A stretch of DNA of 61,198 nucleotides from an uncultured Bacilli bacterium. GTDB lineage: Bacteria > Bacillota_I > Bacilli_A > RF39 > UBA660. A model generated the notes under the pieces. It was not told the DNA's origin, searched no databases, and saw only the letters and a program-made list of their open reading frames with translations. The translations under genes were made by a program, and so were the position numbers. Below, piece by piece: positions 9,683 through 20,792 of the stretch (the first letter of the stretch is position 1; each line of letters starts with the position of its first letter). The stretch covers positions 1 through 61,198 of the forward strand of contig CALVIP010000004.1 of the NCBI GenBank assembly GCA_944331715.1, read 5' to 3'.

Positions 9683-9815
9683 ACTACTTCCTCCTCAAGA
9701 TACTCTTTATTATAACATCTTTTCTTTTATAATCAACAAAAAAGAGACATTTTTTGTCTCCCCTTTAATCATCTCAAATATTATTACCTTTTATTGTTAT
9801 ATTTTTTATATAATA

Positions 9816-10559
9816 CTACTTATTTAAGTCATTATTTTGGTATTGTTTCTTTAGTTCACTTGGTTCATTATTACTATATACATTATTATTATTAGTATAA
9901 TTAGAATTAACATTAACATTAGTATTTGCAGTAGTAGATGTTTCTACTTTGTTTATAGATGTGTTACCTACATTATAATTATCTGTATTAGCATTAGTAG
10001 TAGTACTATTATTACTTATATTTTCATTATATGGGTTTATTGTATTAGTTTCTTTAGTGGCATTAATTACGTTATTAATAATATCTTTATTTTGATTTTC
10101 TAATGGCATTTTCTCTTGCTCATTTATATAAGTTCCATTTTTCTGTTCTTTCTTTAATTTAAAATATAAAACTATTGCATAAATTAGTAGTCCAAGGGTA
10201 ACAAGATTATATACCGCATTAACCTTACTATTAATATCTGCTGGTAAAAGGGTATAAGAATTTTCTACACCATTTATATTAGTAGTAAATGTTCCTGTTA
10301 ATAAGGGTATGAAAACTAAAATAAGACCAACAGGTTTACTAATAGTAAGCTTACCTAACAAATATATATTAACTAAAGGTATAAAGGCCATGGGTGTGCC
10401 TTTTCCATATTTTAATTTGTTGAACTTATTTAAAAATATTCCTATTACAATATATATTATAATTACAATAACTAAGATTATTATAAGATAAGTGGCTAGG
10501 AATTGAAACATTCCTGTAAAAGTGTCATCCATATTTATGCTTGTATAAGTATTATCCAT
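9816..10559 (-). CDS. Membrane protein with an Asn/Thr-rich low-complexity tail
   Basis: AAGGAGG RBS before ATG 10559; TM segments with a MAFIPLVNIYLLGKL motif. Confidence 0.75.
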   Translation of the reverse strand: MDNTYTSINMDDTFTGMFQFLATYLIIILVIVIIIYIVIGIFLNKFNKLKYGKGTPMAFIPLVNIYLLGKLTISKPVGLILVFIPLLTGTFTTNINGVENSYTLLPADINSKVNAVYNLVTLGLLIYAIVLYFKLKKEQKNGTYINEQEKMPLENQNKDIINNVINATKETNTINPYNENISNNSTTTNANTDNYNVGNTSINKVETSTTANTNVNVNSNYTNNNNVYSNNEPSELKKQYQNNDLNK

Positions 10560-10570
10560 ATTTACCTCCT

Positions 10571-11518
10571 TTAAATCCATTTACTTTTTGATATTACAAT
10601 AAAGCCTATACCTATGATAGCAAATAATGATGATGCTATATAAATAACTGTAGGAACACTCATAGAAGTATTACCTGTCTTAACAATTTCTGTTGGTTCA
10701 TTTTGATTTTCTGTAGTAGTATTATTATCTATTGATGTATTATTTTCCTCATCAAGAATAGCTTCAGTAACAAGATCACTATTATGTAACATAAGGATAT
10801 AAGAGTTTACAGAAGTATTTGTTTCTTCAAAATTATCAGCATCTGATAAAGTTAAATAATCCATCATACCCATACTTGAATTAACATAAGTATTAGTACT
10901 TTCGTTTCCTTCTAAACTTGATAATACATCAACTCCAGTAATGAATTCTTCTACATCATTTTCCTTAGAATATTTTGCCACTTCTAAAATTTGTGATGTT
11001 TGAGCATTTAATTCTACATCTTCTATTCCTTTACTAAAAAGGGAAAATGCAGATTCTAATATATTTAAGTGATAAATACTCTTATAAGTACTAGGTACTT
11101 CTGTAATATTATAATTAACTACTAATTCTGCATAATAACTAGTATTATTGTTAATATTTGGTAGTTGTGTTTTTACTAATCTTTCTATATCATCACTATC
11201 TACATTTAGATTTAAATCTATATATGAACCTGTAGAACCATCACTATTTGAAACTGTTTCTTCAGGCTCATAAGATATTATCTCATCCTCTAAAGACACT
11301 GGTATGGTATAAAGTAGATTTTTATTACCATTAAAATAGTTAGGAATATCATATTCCCCAGTACTACCATCATAAATATTAATGTTAAAACCATTTATAG
11401 TATAGGAAATACCATTACTAGTATTATATACACTACCGCTAGTTTCAGCATTTACATTAGTAACACTTATAACTAAAATTGTTACTAAAAAAACTATTTT
11501 TAAAACTCCTTTTTTCAC
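10571..11518 (-). CDS. Exported, C-terminally anchored surface protein
   Basis: Signal peptide ending VNA; C-terminal IVKTGNTS, then TM, then KSK; GTG start after GGAGGAG. Confidence 0.7.
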   Translation of the reverse strand: MKKGVLKIVFLVTILVISVTNVNAETSGSVYNTSNGISYTINGFNINIYDGSTGEYDIPNYFNGNKNLLYTIPVSLEDEIISYEPEETVSNSDGSTGSYIDLNLNVDSDDIERLVKTQLPNINNNTSYYAELVVNYNITEVPSTYKSIYHLNILESAFSLFSKGIEDVELNAQTSQILEVAKYSKENDVEEFITGVDVLSSLEGNESTNTYVNSSMGMMDYLTLSDADNFEETNTSVNSYILMLHNSDLVTEAILDEENNTSIDNNTTTENQNEPTEIVKTGNTSMSVPTVIYIASSLFAIIGIGFIVISKSKWI

Positions 11519-11795
11519 ATTCACTCCTCCTTTTTTGTTTTGAATAGAAAAATAACAATTTAAAAAGCATTATTATTTCTATTAACAAGTTAATTAGATA
11601 ATTATTACTCATTAAACACCTTCTATTCTTTTTTACTATAACATATTTTGTTGAAACGTTGCACTATTTTTGTTATTATTTGTCATCTTGTTTACAAATA
11701 GTGAGTAAAAACTACACCATTTTTGATAGATAATATTTATATAAAGCAAAATATTAAGTTATTTGGGAATAATATTTACAAAATGAGGTGGTTTT

Positions 11796-12224
11796 ATGGA
11801 ATTTAAAAAGGATGATGAAAACTATATTTACGAAGTTATAAGTAAAAATGTAAAAAAGTATAGAAAACTAAAAGGGTGGACTCAAGAAAAACTTGCTGAA
11901 GAGATAAATTATTCTCTATCATTTATAAGTGGAATAGAATCTACTTATCATCAAACATTTTCTTTGGGGGCTATTTGGAGAATATCAAGAGCTTTAGGTG
12001 TAGATTTTGCTAAATTATGTGAAGATGATTCCTTGTCTAATAAATCTAAATACATTAACTATAAATGTAATAAATGTGGTGAGGAAACTAAGCTTCCTAT
12101 TGAAATGGTTAAACTTTTCAAAGATATTAATGAAATTACTGGCAATAAAAACTTACCATCATTTGATTGTACTAAAGAAGATTGCAATGGTAAAATTACT
12201 CCTACTAATCCTATGGATTTTTAG
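11796..12224 (+). CDS. XRE-family HTH regulator with C-terminal Cys4 module
   Basis: VKKYRKLKGWTQEKLAE..ISGIE HTH; CNKC...CTKEDC. Confidence 0.85.
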   Translation: MEFKKDDENYIYEVISKNVKKYRKLKGWTQEKLAEEINYSLSFISGIESTYHQTFSLGAIWRISRALGVDFAKLCEDDSLSNKSKYINYKCNKCGEETKLPIEMVKLFKDINEITGNKNLPSFDCTKEDCNGKITPTNPMDF

Positions 12225-12245
12225 AAAGCAAACAAAAAAGAGACA

Positions 12246-12614
12246 TTATTTTGCCTCTTCTTTAGTCTCTTCATCTACTAATTTGATGATAGCAAGTAAT
12301 GCTCCATCTCCACGACGTTCACCAAGTTTTAAAATCTGTGTATATCCACCATTTCTACTTGCATAAAGTGGAGCTAGTTCATTAAATATTTTATTTACAA
12401 CAGCTTTATCATTATGTAAGAAAGCTAGGGCTCTACGACGACTACCAAGATCTCCCTTCTTACCATAAGTAATCATTTTATCAACAGCTTTTCTAACTTC
12501 TTTAGCTCTTGTTTCAGTAGTTGTTATTTGGCCATTCATAATTACTTGTTTAGTAAGAGTTGCTAACATACTTCTTCTGTGTTTATTATCAACGCCTAAT
12601 TTTCTATATGCCAT
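12246..12614 (-). CDS. rplQ: 50S ribosomal protein L17
   Basis: YRKLG..HRRSML, ITTTETRAKE, RRGDGA. Confidence 0.97.
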   Translation of the reverse strand: MAYRKLGVDNKHRRSMLATLTKQVIMNGQITTTETRAKEVRKAVDKMITYGKKGDLGSRRRALAFLHNDKAVVNKIFNELAPLYASRNGGYTQILKLGERRGDGALLAIIKLVDEETKEEAK

Positions 12615-12626
12615 AAGTTTACCTCC

Positions 12627-13577
12627 TTAATCATCATCTCTTAGGTCAAGCCCTAATTCTTTAATTTTATCTAATACTTCTTTTAATGATTTCTTTCCTA
12701 AGTTACGGATTTTCATCATATCGTTTTCACTCTTATTAACTAAGTCTTGTAAGGTATGAACACCTGCTCTTTTTAAGCAGTTATATGCTCTTACTGAGAA
12801 GTCTAAATCTTCAATAGATGTTTCTAATGCTTTTGTCTTAGGATCTTCTGTTTTTTCTATCATCATACCACTTACATTAGAGATATCACTTAATTCTGTA
12901 ACTAGTTTAAAGTGTTCAATTAAGATTTTAGCAGCTAAAGCGATAGACTCTTCTGGTTTAATAGAACCATTAGTCCATACTTCCATTACTAATTTATCGT
13001 AACTTTCATCTTGTCCAACTCTAGCGCTTTCTACTTCATATGAAACTCTTTCAATTGGAGAATAGATTGCATCCATAGCGATGAAACCATTTTTCTTATC
13101 ATCTTCTCTAAGATTAGAGTCTTCACTCTTAACATAACCACGACCATTAGTAACAATCATAGTCATGTTTAAAGCACCACCTTTAGCAAGATTTGCAATT
13201 ACATGGTCTTTATTGATTATTTCAATATCACTATCTGCTTCAATATCAGCAGCTGTTACTACTCCTTCTCCTTCTTTTTTAAGAGTAATTATTTTTGTAT
13301 CTTCTGTATGATTCTTAACAACTACTCCTTTTAAGTTAAGGATAATTGTAGTTACATCTTCTATAACTCCATCCATTGTTTGGAATTCATGTAATACACC
13401 ATCAATTTTAACAGCACTAATTGCACTACCTGGTAGTGATGATAACATTACTCTTCTTAAAGCATTTCCTAAAGTTGTACCAAAACCTCTTTCTAGTGGT
13501 TCTAGTTCAAATTTTCCATAGAAATTATTTTCTACATAATCAGTAATTTTATAAACTGGTTTTTCAAATTCTATCAA
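12627..13577 (-). CDS. rpoA: RNA polymerase alpha subunit (TTG start)
   Basis: EPLERGFGTTLGNALRR, SVRAYNCLKRAG; GGGAGG RBS before TTG 13577. Confidence 0.97.
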   Translation of the reverse strand: MIEFEKPVYKITDYVENNFYGKFELEPLERGFGTTLGNALRRVMLSSLPGSAISAVKIDGVLHEFQTMDGVIEDVTTIILNLKGVVVKNHTEDTKIITLKKEGEGVVTAADIEADSDIEIINKDHVIANLAKGGALNMTMIVTNGRGYVKSEDSNLREDDKKNGFIAMDAIYSPIERVSYEVESARVGQDESYDKLVMEVWTNGSIKPEESIALAAKILIEHFKLVTELSDISNVSGMMIEKTEDPKTKALETSIEDLDFSVRAYNCLKRAGVHTLQDLVNKSENDMMKIRNLGKKSLKEVLDKIKELGLDLRDDD

Positions 13578-13596
13578 TTTATTAACCTCCCTTTTA

Positions 13597-13980
13597 TTAT
13601 CCACGAGGACGCTTTGGTGGACGGCATCCATTATGTGGAATTGGTGTAACATCAGTAATTCCTGTTACTTCAAGACCTGCTGTTTGAAGTGATCTAATTG
13701 CTGTTTCTCTTCCTGGTCCTAATCCTTTAACAAATACTTCTACTTTACGCATTCCCATATCATATGCAGCTTTTCCTGCTTGTTCTGCTGCCATACCTGC
13801 TGCGAATGGTGTTGATTTCTTACTTCCTTTAAATCCTAGTGCACCAGCTGATGCCCAACTTACAGTGTTACCTTCTTTATCAGTAATAGTAATAATTGTA
13901 TTATTAAAAGTTGCACCAATATGTACTACACCTTCAGGTATATTCTTTTTAACTTTTCTTTTTCTTGTTTTATAAGCCAT
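13597..13980 (-). CDS. rpsK: 30S ribosomal protein S11
   Basis: [21 protein letters not shown]. Confidence 0.98.
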   Translation of the reverse strand: MAYKTRKRKVKKNIPEGVVHIGATFNNTIITITDKEGNTVSWASAGALGFKGSKKSTPFAAGMAAEQAGKAAYDMGMRKVEVFVKGLGPGRETAIRSLQTAGLEVTGITDVTPIPHNGCRPPKRPRG

Positions 13981-13993
13981 AATAACCTCCTAA

Positions 13994-14359
13994 CTACTTT
14001 TTCTTGTTAGCTACTACTTTACCTTTACCCTTACGAGTACGAGCATTTCTATTTGTTCTTTGACCTCTTACAGGTAATCCTTTTTTATGACGTGTTCCTT
14101 CATATGAATTAATTTCCATTTTAGTTTTAATATTCATATTAACTTCACGACGTAAATCACCTTCAGTTGGATGTTTATTGATTTCATCTCTTAAGGCAAT
14201 TAACTCTTCTTGAGTTAAGTCTCCTGCTTTTTTAGTTGGGTCAACTTTAGCATTTTTACAGATTTTTTTTGCTAAACTTCTACCAATACCATAGATATAT
14301 GTAAGTGATATACATATATGCTTGTCATTTGGAATATCTACACCTTTAATACGTGCCAT
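13994..14359 (-). CDS. rpsM: 30S ribosomal protein S13
   Basis: [19 protein letters not shown]. Confidence 0.97.
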   Translation of the reverse strand: MARIKGVDIPNDKHICISLTYIYGIGRSLAKKICKNAKVDPTKKAGDLTQEELIALRDEINKHPTEGDLRREVNMNIKTKMEINSYEGTRHKKGLPVRGQRTNRNARTRKGKGKVVANKKK

Positions 14360-14374
14360 AACTTCTCCTCCTTA

Positions 14375-14488
14375 TTAACCTTGTACTTGTTTGTGTTTTG
14401 GATTTTCACAAATTACTCTGATTTTACCTTTTCTTCTTACTATTTTGCATTTTGGGCAAATTTTCTTTACACTTGCTCTTACTTTCAT
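14375..14488 (-). CDS. rpmJ: 50S ribosomal protein L36; absent from the ORF track
   Basis: Manual translation [37 protein letters not shown]. Confidence 0.97.
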   Translation of the reverse strand: MKVRASVKKICPKCKIVRRKGKIRVICENPKHKQVQG

Positions 14489-14502
14489 TTTTATCCCTCC
14501 TA

Positions 14503-14718
14503 TTATTTACGATAGGTAATACGCCCACGTGTTAAATCATAAGGTGATAGTTCTAACATAACGGTATCCCCCGGTAAGATGCGAATGTAGTTCATTCGTA
14601 TTTTACCAGAAACGTGAGCTTCTACTATATGTCCGTTTTCTAGTTGTACTTTGAACTTACCACCTGGTATAATTTCTAGAACTTTACCTTCAACTTCAAT
14701 AACATCATCTTTAGCCAT
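14503..14718 (-). CDS. infA: Translation initiation factor IF-1
   Basis: [24 protein letters not shown]. Confidence 0.98.
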   Translation of the reverse strand: MAKDDVIEVEGKVLEIIPGGKFKVQLENGHIVEAHVSGKIRMNYIRILPGDTVMLELSPYDLTRGRITYRK

Positions 14719-14722
14719 TCTT

Positions 14723-15469
14723 TCACTCTCCTGTTAATATAATAACTCCTTCATTAGTAATCGCTATTGTATGTTCAAAATGTGCTGATAATGAAGAGTC
14801 TTCTGTTTTAACGGTCCAGTCATTATCTTCAACATAGATATCTGGACTTCCTAAAGTTAACATTGGTTCAATGGCAATAACCATGCCATCTCTAATTTTA
14901 GGTCCTGTTCCTTTAGTACCATAGTTTGGAACATCAGGGGACTCATGTACACTGGTTCCAACACCATGTCCTACTAATTCTTTAACGACACCTAGGTTAT
15001 GTTCTGTCGCATATTTTTCAACAGCATAACTGATATCGCCTATTCTATTACCGACTTTCGCTTGTTTAATACCTTCATATAAAGCTTTTTCTGTATGTTC
15101 TAATAGGTATTTAGCATCATCACTTACTTTACCTACTGTGTAAGTCCAAGCTGAATCGCCATGATAACCTTTATAACAAGCGCCAATATCTATTGATATT
15201 ATATCACCATCTTGTAGAACTCTATCACTTGGAAAGCCATGAACAACCTCATCATTAATACTTATACAAAGTGTTGAAGGAAATCCTTCATAACCTTTAA
15301 ATGATGGTGTCGCTCCTTTACTTCTTATGAATTCTTCGGCAAGTCGGTCTAACTCTTTTGTTTTGATACCAGCTTTAATATGGGGACGTAAATACTGATG
15401 AGTAAGATAGACAATATGTCCAGCTTCTTTTAATAACTCAATTTCTCTTTTACTTTTTAAAGTAATCAT
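14723..15469 (-). CDS. map: Methionine aminopeptidase type I
   Basis: [32 protein letters not shown]. Confidence 0.97.
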   Translation of the reverse strand: MITLKSKREIELLKEAGHIVYLTHQYLRPHIKAGIKTKELDRLAEEFIRSKGATPSFKGYEGFPSTLCISINDEVVHGFPSDRVLQDGDIISIDIGACYKGYHGDSAWTYTVGKVSDDAKYLLEHTEKALYEGIKQAKVGNRIGDISYAVEKYATEHNLGVVKELVGHGVGTSVHESPDVPNYGTKGTGPKIRDGMVIAIEPMLTLGSPDIYVEDNDWTVKTEDSSLSAHFEHTIAITNEGVIILTGE

Positions 15470-15472
15470 TAT

Positions 15473-16132
15473 TTACATCCCCTTTTTTAAAACGGCATCT
15501 ATTCTTTTAGAAACTTCCTCAACTGAGTCATTTCCATTGATTACATATAATATACCTTTTTTAGCATAATAGTCAAGTAGTGGTTTAGTTTTTTCTATAT
15601 ATAAATTATATCTATTCTTAAATGAAGTTATGTTATCATCGTTTCTTTGATATAATTTACCATTACATTTATCACAGATTGACTCTTGTTTAGGTTTCTC
15701 ATTATCGGAATTTATGTTATAAACACTTCCACAGTCTTCACAGATTCTTCTTCCAGTTATTCTTTTCTCAAGTATTTCTTCAGAAATATCTAACTGAATG
15801 ACATAGCCTAGTTCTTGATTAAGACTATTAAGTATCTCATCATATTTATAGGCTTGCTCTATGTTTCTTGGAAAACCATCTAAGATATAACCATTTTTAC
15901 AGTCATCTTGTGATAAACGATTTCTTAGAAGTTCATAAGTAACTTCATCTTTTACTAAGCCTCCACTACTTAATACTTCAGAAATATATCTACCTAACTC
16001 ACTATCTTTTTTAGATTCTTCTCTTAAGATGTCTCCTGTTGAGATATGTGGTAGGTTATATTTCTTTTCTAAAATAGCACTTTGGGTCCCCTTACCTGCA
16101 GCAGGTGGGGCGATAAAAATTATATTTTTCAT
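15473..16132 (-). CDS. adk: Adenylate kinase (Zn-finger LID)
   Basis: PPAAGKGTQ, LDGFPR, CEDC...CDKC. Confidence 0.97.
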   Translation of the reverse strand: MKNIIFIAPPAAGKGTQSAILEKKYNLPHISTGDILREESKKDSELGRYISEVLSSGGLVKDEVTYELLRNRLSQDDCKNGYILDGFPRNIEQAYKYDEILNSLNQELGYVIQLDISEEILEKRITGRRICEDCGSVYNINSDNEKPKQESICDKCNGKLYQRNDDNITSFKNRYNLYIEKTKPLLDYYAKKGILYVINGNDSVEEVSKRIDAVLKKGM

Positions 16133-17391
16133 CTTCTACTATAACCCTTCTTATAATTTCTAGAAAGAAGACTTCCTTCTATTTGTTTATAAGTTTCTAG
16201 GGCAACTCCTACAACAATTAGTAAACCTGTACCTCCAATACTAACACTTGTTGGTAAACTTGTTACATTAGAGAATATTATTGGTAAGGCTACGATAATT
16301 GCTAAGAAGACTGAACCTAGACAAGTTATTCTTGTTAATACTTTTGATAAGTAAGTTTTAGTTTCATTACCTGGTCTAATTCCTGGAATGTAACCTCCAC
16401 TTTCTTGAAGATTTTTAGCAAAGTCTTCTGGTTTGAAAACCATATAAGTATATACAAATCCAAATAGGAATATAAATATTACATAGATTATAAATCCTAC
16501 AGGTGTTGTATATGTTAAATAGTTTTGAACGAAAAGACTAAAGCTTTCATTATTTATTAAGCCTGCGATAATTCCTGGAATTGCCATTAAGCTTGATGCG
16601 AATATCACAGGTACAACCCCAGCGGTATTTACTTTAATTGGAACATAAGATGCGCTTTGTCCATATGTTGTTGATTTATTAGCATATTGAATTGGAACTT
16701 TTCTCTCTGCCATTTGTACGAAGATAACTCCAACGATAATAGCAAAGTAGATTATTGCAAATAGGATAAATTTAACTACTCCTAATGTTATTTCTTGAGC
16801 AGTACCATCAAATACTACTAATCCTTGGAAAGCATCAATAAACATCTGTGGTAGTGTGGCAATAATTCCTGCCATGATTATTAGACTTAAACCATTACCT
16901 ATACCTTTTCTTGTAATTTGATCTCCTAACCAAAGTAGGAATGCTGTACCTGCTGTTAATACTACTGATATATAGATATATTCAGTGGCACTTGCACTTC
17001 TACCTAAGAACATAAATGAGAAGGCATAACCTTGAATGAAGGCAAATAATATTCCCATATATCTTGAATAGGTATTAATTTTTTGTCTACCTACATGTCC
17101 TTGTTTATTTAGCTCTTGGAAATAAGGAATTAGCTCTCCTAATAGTTGCATAACAATCGTTGCTGTAATATAAGGCATAACACCTAATGCAAAGATTGAA
17201 AAGTTTTGTAAAGCTCCACCACCCATAGTATTAACTAATTCTAGAAATCCTAGGTTTTTAGTAATACTTTCAGTTCCTGGAACTTGAATAGTTGTTCCTA
17301 TTATAAATATTGCTAATGCTACTAAAGTAAAACCAATTCTTTTTAATAAATCTCTATTTGTGGGCTTAAATAATTGCTTCAATAGAGGCAT
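16129..17391 (-). CDS. secY: Preprotein translocase SecY
   Basis: SIFALGVMPYITA, GIGNGLSLII, IPGIRPG. Confidence 0.97.
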   Translation of the reverse strand: MPLLKQLFKPTNRDLLKRIGFTLVALAIFIIGTTIQVPGTESITKNLGFLELVNTMGGGALQNFSIFALGVMPYITATIVMQLLGELIPYFQELNKQGHVGRQKINTYSRYMGILFAFIQGYAFSFMFLGRSASATEYIYISVVLTAGTAFLLWLGDQITRKGIGNGLSLIIMAGIIATLPQMFIDAFQGLVVFDGTAQEITLGVVKFILFAIIYFAIIVGVIFVQMAERKVPIQYANKSTTYGQSASYVPIKVNTAGVVPVIFASSLMAIPGIIAGLINNESFSLFVQNYLTYTTPVGFIIYVIFIFLFGFVYTYMVFKPEDFAKNLQESGGYIPGIRPGNETKTYLSKVLTRITCLGSVFLAIIVALPIIFSNVTSLPTSVSIGGTGLLIVVGVALETYKQIEGSLLSRNYKKGYSRR

Positions 17392-17392
17392 C

Positions 17393-17836
17393 TTAGATCA
17401 CCTCGGCTTTACTTCCTGATTCTTCTATTTTTCTTAAAGCACTACTTGAAAATCTATGAGCTTGTATAGTTAATTTCTTTTCAAGTGTACCATTTCCTAA
17501 TACTTTAATTCCATTAAGTTGTTTTTTAACAATTCCTTTTTCTTTAAGTAATGCTGGTGTAACAACATCTCCATCATTAAATACATTTAAATCTCCGACA
17601 TTGATAACTGCATATACTGTTTTAAAATCATGATTACTAAATCCTCTTTTTGGAAGTCTTCTATATAGTGGTAATTGTCCACCTTCGAATACTGGTGAAA
17701 CTCCTCCACCACTACGAGCGTTTTGTCCTTTTTGTCCACGGCCTGATGTTTTTCCTGATCCTGAACCAGGTCCACGTCCTACTATCTTTTTACGGAAAGT
17801 AGCGCCTTCGTTTTTCTTTAATTCATGTAACTTCAT
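17393..17836 (-). CDS. rplO: 50S ribosomal protein L15
   Basis: [32 protein letters not shown]. Confidence 0.98.
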   Translation of the reverse strand: MKLHELKKNEGATFRKKIVGRGPGSGSGKTSGRGQKGQNARSGGGVSPVFEGGQLPLYRRLPKRGFSNHDFKTVYAVINVGDLNVFNDGDVVTPALLKEKGIVKKQLNGIKVLGNGTLEKKLTIQAHRFSSSALRKIEESGSKAEVI

Positions 17837-18345
17837 TATCCCAAAATCTCCTCTACACTTTTACCACGAAGTTTTGCAACTTCTTCTGGTGTTTTAATAC
17901 TCTTAAGACCATTTATAGCAGCATTTGCCATATTTAGTTTAGTTCTAGCTCCAAGAGATTTTGATACAACATCACGAACTCCAGCTAGTTCAAGGACAGC
18001 TCTTACACTACCTCCAGCAATGATACCAGTACCTTCTTTAGCTGGTTTTAACATTACTCTAGCAGCTCCACTTACTCCTATTACTTCATGAGCAATAGTT
18101 CTTCCATCAATTAATTCTATAGTAATCATATTCTTATTAGCATTGCTTATTGCTTTCTTAATAGCATCTGGTACTTCAAAAGCTTTACCTGTACCGATAC
18201 CAACATGTCCTTTACGATCTCCAACAACAACAACTGCTGAAAAACGACGTTGACGTCCACCTTTTGTAACTTTAACTACACTTTTAAGTTGAACGACTAG
18301 TTCTTCAGTTTGTTTTTCTTTGGCATCGTTTGTTTGTTTTTGCAT
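17836..18345 (-). CDS. rpsE: 30S ribosomal protein S5
   Basis: [24 protein letters not shown]. Confidence 0.97.
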   Translation of the reverse strand: MQKQTNDAKEKQTEELVVQLKSVVKVTKGGRQRRFSAVVVVGDRKGHVGIGTGKAFEVPDAIKKAISNANKNMITIELIDGRTIAHEVIGVSGAARVMLKPAKEGTGIIAGGSVRAVLELAGVRDVVSKSLGARTKLNMANAAINGLKSIKTPEEVAKLRGKSVEEILG

Positions 18346-18356
18346 ATTTACCCTCC

Positions 18357-18719
18357 TTAGAACTCTAGTCCATTTTCACGTGCAGCATCTGCTAATGCTT
18401 TAACACGTCCATGATAAAGATATCCACCTCTATCAAATACTACTTTTTTAATGCCAGCTTCATTACATTTTTTTGCAATACTAGCACCTACAGCAGTAGC
18501 TGCTTCAATGTTTGATTTATTCTTTAAATTTAAATCTTTATCTCTAGAAGAAGCAGATACTAAAGTAGTAGAACTCTCATCATCAATAACTTGAGCATAT
18601 ATTGCTGTATTTGATCTAAATACATTTAGTCTTGGTGTGGCAGCATTTCCACTTAAATGAGTTCTAATTCTAGCATGACGTACTTGTCTCATGCTATTTC
18701 TTGATTTTTTATTAATCAT
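18357..18719 (-). CDS. rplR: 50S ribosomal protein L18
   Basis: [23 protein letters not shown]. Confidence 0.98.
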   Translation of the reverse strand: MINKKSRNSMRQVRHARIRTHLSGNAATPRLNVFRSNTAIYAQVIDDESSTTLVSASSRDKDLNLKNKSNIEAATAVGASIAKKCNEAGIKKVVFDRGGYLYHGRVKALADAARENGLEF

Positions 18720-18742
18720 ATATTTCTCTCCTTCCTACTAGC

Positions 18743-19273
18743 TTAAGCAGCTTTCTTTCCTTCTTTACGTCTAATATGTTCATCTTTATAGCGAATACCT
18801 TTACCTTTATATGGTTCAGGGCGACGTACTTTTCTTACGTTGGCAGCAAATTCACCAACTAAGGCTTTATCAATACCTTTAACTGTTATTTCTGTATTAG
18901 ATGATGCTTCTACAGTAAGCCCTTCAGGTATAGTCATTTCTACAGGATGAGAATACCCAGCATTGATAGTTAATTTTTTACCACTTACATTGAAACGATA
19001 TCCAACACCTACTATTTCTAGTCCCTTCTCATATCCTTTAGTTACACCTGTAATCATATTTTGAAGAAGTGCATTCATTGTTCCATGCATTGCTTTTACT
19101 GCATCGCTTACTCTTGTTAATGTTATTTCATTATCTTTTTGTTCCATTGAAATACCTTTCAACATCTTTTGGCTCAAGCTTCCCTTTGGGCCAGTAACTG
19201 TTACGATTCCGTTTTCTTCTGTAACTGTTACTCCTGCGGGAACTTCAATTTTACGATTTCCAATACGGCTCAT
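18743..19273 (-). CDS. rplF: 50S ribosomal protein L6
   Basis: MSRIG, PEPYKGKGIRY. Confidence 0.98.
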   Translation of the reverse strand: MSRIGNRKIEVPAGVTVTEENGIVTVTGPKGSLSQKMLKGISMEQKDNEITLTRVSDAVKAMHGTMNALLQNMITGVTKGYEKGLEIVGVGYRFNVSGKKLTINAGYSHPVEMTIPEGLTVEASSNTEITVKGIDKALVGEFAANVRKVRRPEPYKGKGIRYKDEHIRRKEGKKAA

Positions 19274-19288
19274 TCAAAACACCTCCTT

Positions 19289-19690
19289 TTACCATACATA
19301 AGCTAAGACTTCGCCACCAAGTTTTTGTCTTCTTGCTTCTTTATCTGTCATAATTCCCTTAGATGTAGAAACTATTGCAATTCCTAGTCCATTTAATACT
19401 ACTGGAATTTCATCAGTTTTAGCATATACTCTAAGTCCTGGTTTAGAAATTCTCTTTAAGCCTGTTATTACTCTTTCTTTGTTTTCACCATATTTTAATG
19501 TTAGAACGATTGTACCTTGTACATCATTTTTTTCTAACTTGTAATCTTTAATAAATCCTTCTTCTTTTAAAATTCTTGCTATTTCTAATTTTAATTTTGA
19601 TGAAGGAACTTTTACTTCTTCATAACGCATAGCGTTAGCATTACGAATACGAGTTAACATATCTGCAATTGTATCTGTAACTACAGCCAT
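19289..19690 (-). CDS. rpsH: 30S ribosomal protein S8
   Basis: [24 protein letters not shown]. Confidence 0.98.
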   Translation of the reverse strand: MAVVTDTIADMLTRIRNANAMRYEEVKVPSSKLKLEIARILKEEGFIKDYKLEKNDVQGTIVLTLKYGENKERVITGLKRISKPGLRVYAKTDEIPVVLNGLGIAIVSTSKGIMTDKEARRQKLGGEVLAYVW

Positions 19691-19718
19691 CTTTTTTCCT
19701 CCTTTTCTTTACCAGTCT

Positions 19719-19904
19719 CTACCAACTTGATTTTTTAACGCCTGGTATTTGTCCTTTATAAGCCAATTCACGGAAGCAAATACGGCAGATTCCAAATTTA
19801 CTCATAACTGCATGTGGTCTGCCACAACGTGAACAACGTGTATATTCACGTACTTTGTATTTTGGCTTTCTACTTTGTTTTACAACCATACTTTTTCTTG
19901 CCAT
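19719..19904 (-). CDS. rpsN: 30S ribosomal protein S14, Zn-binding type
   Basis: [17 protein letters not shown]. Confidence 0.97.
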   Translation of the reverse strand: MARKSMVVKQSRKPKYKVREYTRCSRCGRPHAVMSKFGICRICFRELAYKGQIPGVKKSSW

Positions 19905-19917
19905 CTTTTACCCTCCA

Positions 19918-20454
19918 TTACTTTCTAAAAGGAATTCCTAAACCTTTTAATAAGTCATAAGCTTCTTCATTAGTTTTAGCAGTTGTTACGAATATAATAT
20001 CCATACCACGTACTTTTACTATTTCATCATAGTTTATTTCACTAAAGATTAATTGTTCTTTAATACCTAATGTATAGTTACCACGACCATCGAAAGATTT
20101 TGGATTAACTCCTCTAAAATCACGAACTTGTGGAAGTGAGATAGAAATTAGTTTATCAACAAAGTTATACATGTTATCACTTCTAAGTGTTACTTTACAA
20201 CCTATCTTTTGTCCTTCTCTAATCTTGAAACCAGCGATTGATTTCTTTGCTTTTGTAACTACTGGTTTTTGTCCTGAGATTTTTTCAAGGTCTGATACTG
20301 CAGCATCTAATAGTTTAGAATTTGTAGTAGCATCTCCAACACCCATATTGATAACAACTTTTTCTAGTTTTGGTACTTCCATTATTGATTTATAACCATA
20401 TTTACTCATAAGAGCTGGAACTACTTCTTTATTATACTTTTCTTTTAATGTCAT
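19918..20454 (-). CDS. rplE: 50S ribosomal protein L5
   Basis: [19 protein letters not shown]. Confidence 0.98.
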   Translation of the reverse strand: MTLKEKYNKEVVPALMSKYGYKSIMEVPKLEKVVINMGVGDATTNSKLLDAAVSDLEKISGQKPVVTKAKKSIAGFKIREGQKIGCKVTLRSDNMYNFVDKLISISLPQVRDFRGVNPKSFDGRGNYTLGIKEQLIFSEINYDEIVKVRGMDIIFVTTAKTNEEAYDLLKGLGIPFRK

Positions 20455-20472
20455 TTATGTAACCTCCTTCCA

Positions 20473-20781
20473 CTAATCTAGTACTTCTTTAGATTTTGTA
20501 CTTATTCTTACTTTTTTTCCATTTTTGTCTGTTGTATGTCCGATTCTTGTGCCTTTTTCAGTCTTAGGATCAATTATCATTACATTAGAGGCATCAATAG
20601 GTGCTTCTATTTCAAGAATTCCACCTGAGTTATTTCCTGTAGGTTTTTGATGTTTCTTAACAATATGTACTCCTTCTACAATAACTTTATTTTCGCTTCT
20701 AAGTGTTTTGATTATTTTTCCTTCTTTACCTTTATCAGCACCACTTATAACAACGACTTTATCTCCAACTTTTAACTTCAT
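20473..20781 (-). CDS. rplX: 50S ribosomal protein L24
   Basis: GDKVVVISG.DKGKEG, EAPIDASNV. Confidence 0.98.
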   Translation of the reverse strand: MKLKVGDKVVVISGADKGKEGKIIKTLRSENKVIVEGVHIVKKHQKPTGNNSGGILEIEAPIDASNVMIIDPKTEKGTRIGHTTDKNGKKVRISTKSKEVLD

Positions 20782-20792
20782 AACTTTCCTCC

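Noticed and set aside
9950-10030. AGT/ATT triplet repeats
   Set aside because: Explained by Asn/Thr-rich low-complexity coding; no repeat-spacer periodicity, so not a CRISPR array.
11457-11612. 51-aa minus-strand ORF (MSNNYLINLLIEIIMLFKLLFFYSKQKRR...) with an AGAAGGTG RBS-like site
   Set aside because: Runs about 60 nt out of frame into the next gene, and its hydrophobicity is expected from AT-rich DNA; too weak to call a signalling peptide or type I toxin.
13577-13597. No rpsD between rpsK and rpoA
   Set aside because: Normal for Bacilli.
13578-13652. N-terminal extension of RpoA in the ORF track (similarly Gap, RplK, RplD, UvrB and the methyltransferase)
   Set aside because: Better RBS-linked starts lie downstream; these are longest-ORF artefacts.
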